Assembly: GCA_964431045.1 (NCBI GenBank)
Contig: CAYSIK010000001.1
Location: 1 to 43,888 of the forward strand
From: an uncultured Flavobacteriaceae bacterium
GTDB lineage: Bacteria; Bacteroidota; Bacteroidia; NS11-12g; UBA955
Direction: 5' to 3'
Length of the DNA: 43,888 bases
Shown here: piece by piece, positions 41,497 to 43,888 of the stretch
Numbering within the stretch: the first letter of the stretch is position 1
How the letters are laid out: each line of letters begins with the position of its first letter
Program-made: the position numbers and the translations under genes
Notes under the pieces: generated by a model
What the model saw: the letters and a program-made list of their open reading frames with translations, nothing else
Told to the model about the DNA's origin: nothing
Database searches by the model: none

Positions 41497-43047
41497 ATGA
41501 ACGGACGTGATTTCTTATCTCAATTGATGAACCGGGGTCGCAAGATTACGGATATCTTCAATTTTAACCGCAACAAAGCGATTAAATGGCAGGAGATTAC
41601 CCTGAAAAAAATGCTGTTCAAAGCCCGTAATACCGAATATGGACTGAAATACGGCTTCGATGATATTTTAATTTCCAAGAATCCGTTGGAAGAATACAGA
41701 AAGCGCGTACCTCTTGTTACGTATAGTCAAATGCACGATCTGTGGATTCGTCAGTATAACGGTGAAGCGGATATTACCTGGCCGGGGCGTTGTACCCATT
41801 TTGCCCTGAGTTCAGGGACTACAGAAGGTGCGAGTAAATACATCCCGGTTACTGATGACCAACTAAAAGCCATGATCAGGGCTTCGCGCCGCCAGTTGCT
41901 GGCCATGGCGCTTACCGATGTTCCCAAGGATTTTCTAACCAAAGACTACCTTATGCTGGGCGGTTGCACCGATCTCAACTACAATGGAGTGAGTTACAGC
42001 GGTGACCTAAGCGGAATTACCACCTCCAACATCCCCAACTGGTTTGAGCGTTTTAGCCGGCCCGGACCTGAAATTACCGCCATCAAGGACTGGGAAGAAA
42101 AGGTTAACCGTATAGTGGAAGAAGCGCCCAAATGGGACATTGTAATGCTGGCAGGGGCGCCTTCCTGGATGCGTTTGCTGATTGAACGCATCATCAAGCG
42201 CTATAACGTGAACAACATTCACGAAATATGGCCCAACCTGAGCATTTACTGCTGGGGAGCTGTGGCACTGGCACCCTACAAGCAGTCATTGGATTCGATG
42301 ATGGGCAGGCCCATTACCTACATGGAATCGTATCTGGCCAGTGAGGCCTATGTTGCCAGCCAAACAAAGCCCAATGCTTCCGGTATGCGGCTGGTGTTCA
42401 GAAACAACACTTACTTTGAATTTGTACCGTTCAATTCGGATAATTTTGATGAAGACAGCAACCTGAAACCCACGGCCACCGCAATTGGCCTTGAAGATGT
42501 GACAACAGACACCGACTATGCCATTATTCTGACTACATCGGCCGGCGCCTGGCGTTACATGATTGGAGATACCATCAGGTTCACAAATCCGGATACCTGC
42601 GAAATTAAAATTACGGGCAGAACCAAGCAGTTCCTCAGTATTACCGGCGAACATCTCAGTGTTGACAACATGATGGAAGGACTGCGCAGAACAGCGGAAG
42701 ACTTTCAGACCGATTTTACCGAATTCACCGTAAAAGGATTTAAAGAAGACAGTTCATTTGCGCATCACTGGTACCTGGCCAATCACAATTCCGGCCTGGA
42801 CCCCGAAGCGGTGAGAAGTAAACTGGATCAGCACCTGCGGGACCTTAATGATGATTACCATACAGAACGCAACCACGTTTTGACAGGCATGTACCTGCAG
42901 GTATTGCCCGAAGCGGTTTTTCTGGATTTTCTTGAAAAACACCTCAAACTGGGTGGACAAAGCAAGTTTCCGCGGGTGTTGTCAGACAACCTGTATGCAC
43001 TCTGGGTAGATCACGTTAAGAATTACCAAAATCAGGCAATTTCATGA
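41497..43047 (+). CDS. GH3 auxin-responsive-promoter family protein (bacterial acyl-acid amido synthetase-like adenylating enzyme)
   Basis: Trimmed to ATG 41497. FALSSGTTEGASKYIPVT is the P-loop-like SSGTT motif of GH3/ANL enzymes. YASSE-like LASEAYV and WRYMIGDTIRF are also present. Confidence 0.78.
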   Translation: MNGRDFLSQLMNRGRKITDIFNFNRNKAIKWQEITLKKMLFKARNTEYGLKYGFDDILISKNPLEEYRKRVPLVTYSQMHDLWIRQYNGEADITWPGRCTHFALSSGTTEGASKYIPVTDDQLKAMIRASRRQLLAMALTDVPKDFLTKDYLMLGGCTDLNYNGVSYSGDLSGITTSNIPNWFERFSRPGPEITAIKDWEEKVNRIVEEAPKWDIVMLAGAPSWMRLLIERIIKRYNVNNIHEIWPNLSIYCWGAVALAPYKQSLDSMMGRPITYMESYLASEAYVASQTKPNASGMRLVFRNNTYFEFVPFNSDNFDEDSNLKPTATAIGLEDVTTDTDYAIILTTSAGAWRYMIGDTIRFTNPDTCEIKITGRTKQFLSITGEHLSVDNMMEGLRRTAEDFQTDFTEFTVKGFKEDSSFAHHWYLANHNSGLDPEAVRSKLDQHLRDLNDDYHTERNHVLTGMYLQVLPEAVFLDFLEKHLKLGGQSKFPRVLSDNLYALWVDHVKNYQNQAIS

Positions 43048-43847
43048 ATGTAACGGAACAGGATTCACACCACCAAAACCTGCATGAGCTTTCCTTTTCT
43101 GAGCTTTTACAGGGAATAAATACTGAGGATATGGGTGTTGCCCTTTCCGTTCAGGAAAAACTACCCCAGATAACAGCATTGTGCGAGCGGGTTTATGACT
43201 GTATGAGCCGCGGTGGCAGGCTGTTTTACATGGGTGCCGGCACCAGTGGTCGCCTTGGTATTGTGGATGCCAGTGAGTGCCCCCCCACCTATGGCGTGGA
43301 ACATGGCCGTGTGGTGGGCATCATTGCCGGCGGCGATACTGCCATTCGCAAGGCAGTAGAGTTTGCTGAAGACGATACACAACAGGGATTTCGGGATTTG
43401 CAGGAATATGCTGTCAACGAAAAAGACATTGTGGTGGGAATTTCTGCCAGCGGCCGCACACCTTATGTGCTGGGTGCGCTGAATGCCTGCCGTGAGAAAG
43501 GCATTGCGACCGGCTGCATTGTTTGCAACCCGGATTCTGTAATCGCCGCTGCCTGTGATGCACCGGTGGAAGTAATTACCGGACCTGAATTTGTGACCGG
43601 AAGCACCCGCATGAAGGCAGGAACAGCTACCAAAATGGTGCTGAATATGATTACCACATCGGTGATGATACGACTGGGGCATGTGGTGGGAAACAAAATG
43701 GTGGATATGCAGCTGAGCAATGACAAGCTCATTGACCGTGGAACCCGCATGGTCATGCAGGTCACAGGGTTATCCGAAGACGAAGCCCGAAACCTGTTGC
43801 TGAAATACGGCAGCGTGCGAAAAGCGGTAGAAGCCGCCACAGCCTGA
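43044..43847 (+). CDS. murQ: N-acetylmuramic acid 6-phosphate etherase
   Basis: 267 aa. SIS-domain GRLFYMGAGTSGRLGIVDASECPPT, GISASGRTPYV and TGSTRMKAGTATKMVLN. ATGA overlap with the upstream gene. Confidence 0.9.
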   Translation: MNVTEQDSHHQNLHELSFSELLQGINTEDMGVALSVQEKLPQITALCERVYDCMSRGGRLFYMGAGTSGRLGIVDASECPPTYGVEHGRVVGIIAGGDTAIRKAVEFAEDDTQQGFRDLQEYAVNEKDIVVGISASGRTPYVLGALNACREKGIATGCIVCNPDSVIAAACDAPVEVITGPEFVTGSTRMKAGTATKMVLNMITTSVMIRLGHVVGNKMVDMQLSNDKLIDRGTRMVMQVTGLSEDEARNLLLKYGSVRKAVEAATA

Positions 43848-43874
43848 CAATACCCAAATCCGGGCAGAAATCGT

Positions 43875-43882
43875 TATTTTTG
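43875..43882 (+). promoter_or_regulatory. -7 box TATTTTTG for a gene beyond the right edge
   Basis: Consensus octamer 28 nt after the murQ stop. The target gene is not visible. Confidence 0.3.
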
Positions 43883-43888
43883 CACCTT

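Noticed and set aside
1-43888. rRNA, tRNA, CRISPR arrays, transposases/integrases, prophage or classical defence operons
   Set aside because: The only intergenic spaces of about 100 nt or more are 14513-14804, 17489-17629, 18947-19161, 31300-31533, 39387-39496 and 40057-40158. I read all of them on both strands. None shows a tRNA cloverleaf/GTTCRA box, repeat-spacer periodicity, or recombinase-like ORFs.

Overview
Densely coding chromosomal segment of about 45 genes at roughly 50% GC. It looks Bacteroidota-like: TAnnTTTG -7 promoter boxes, T9SS C-terminal sorting domains, and DUF1573, DUF4249, DUF4197, DUF4286 and GxxExxY families. I saw no rRNA, tRNA, CRISPR, transposase or integrase. Most genes are housekeeping: M16 and M1 peptidases, comF-like, an MsbA-like ABC exporter, two glycosyltransferases, pyrE, a NUDIX hydrolase, coaD, rsmD, xseAB, purS, a cyclophilin, a bacterial GH3-family ligase and murQ. 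The stand-out is 19.1-31.4 kb. A NUDIX-like regulator of the NrtR/AraR type, with a degenerate Nudix box, leads an eight-gene operon joined by stop/start overlaps. The operon encodes a frameshifted clan GH-A hydrolase, two mutually related beta-barrel outer-membrane proteins that are not SusC/TonB-like, two secreted beta-sandwich proteins, a GH3 beta-glucosidase and a lichenase-type GH16. It contains no SusC/SusD pair. The palindrome TATTGT-N7-ACAATA sits on the regulator's own promoter. It occurs twice more in front of the convergent T9SS gene, which encodes four Cys-rich carbohydrate-binding-like modules. This suggests one regulon and a possibly undescribed, TonB-independent glycan-uptake locus. 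Other notable points are an M1 peptidase fused to an Omp85-like barrel and a nested palindromic element inside a dispersed intergenic repeat. There are also head-to-head overlapping pyrE and NUDIX start codons with reciprocal promoter boxes, and an AT-rich GxxExxY islet. All family calls come from reading motifs by eye; no searches were run.
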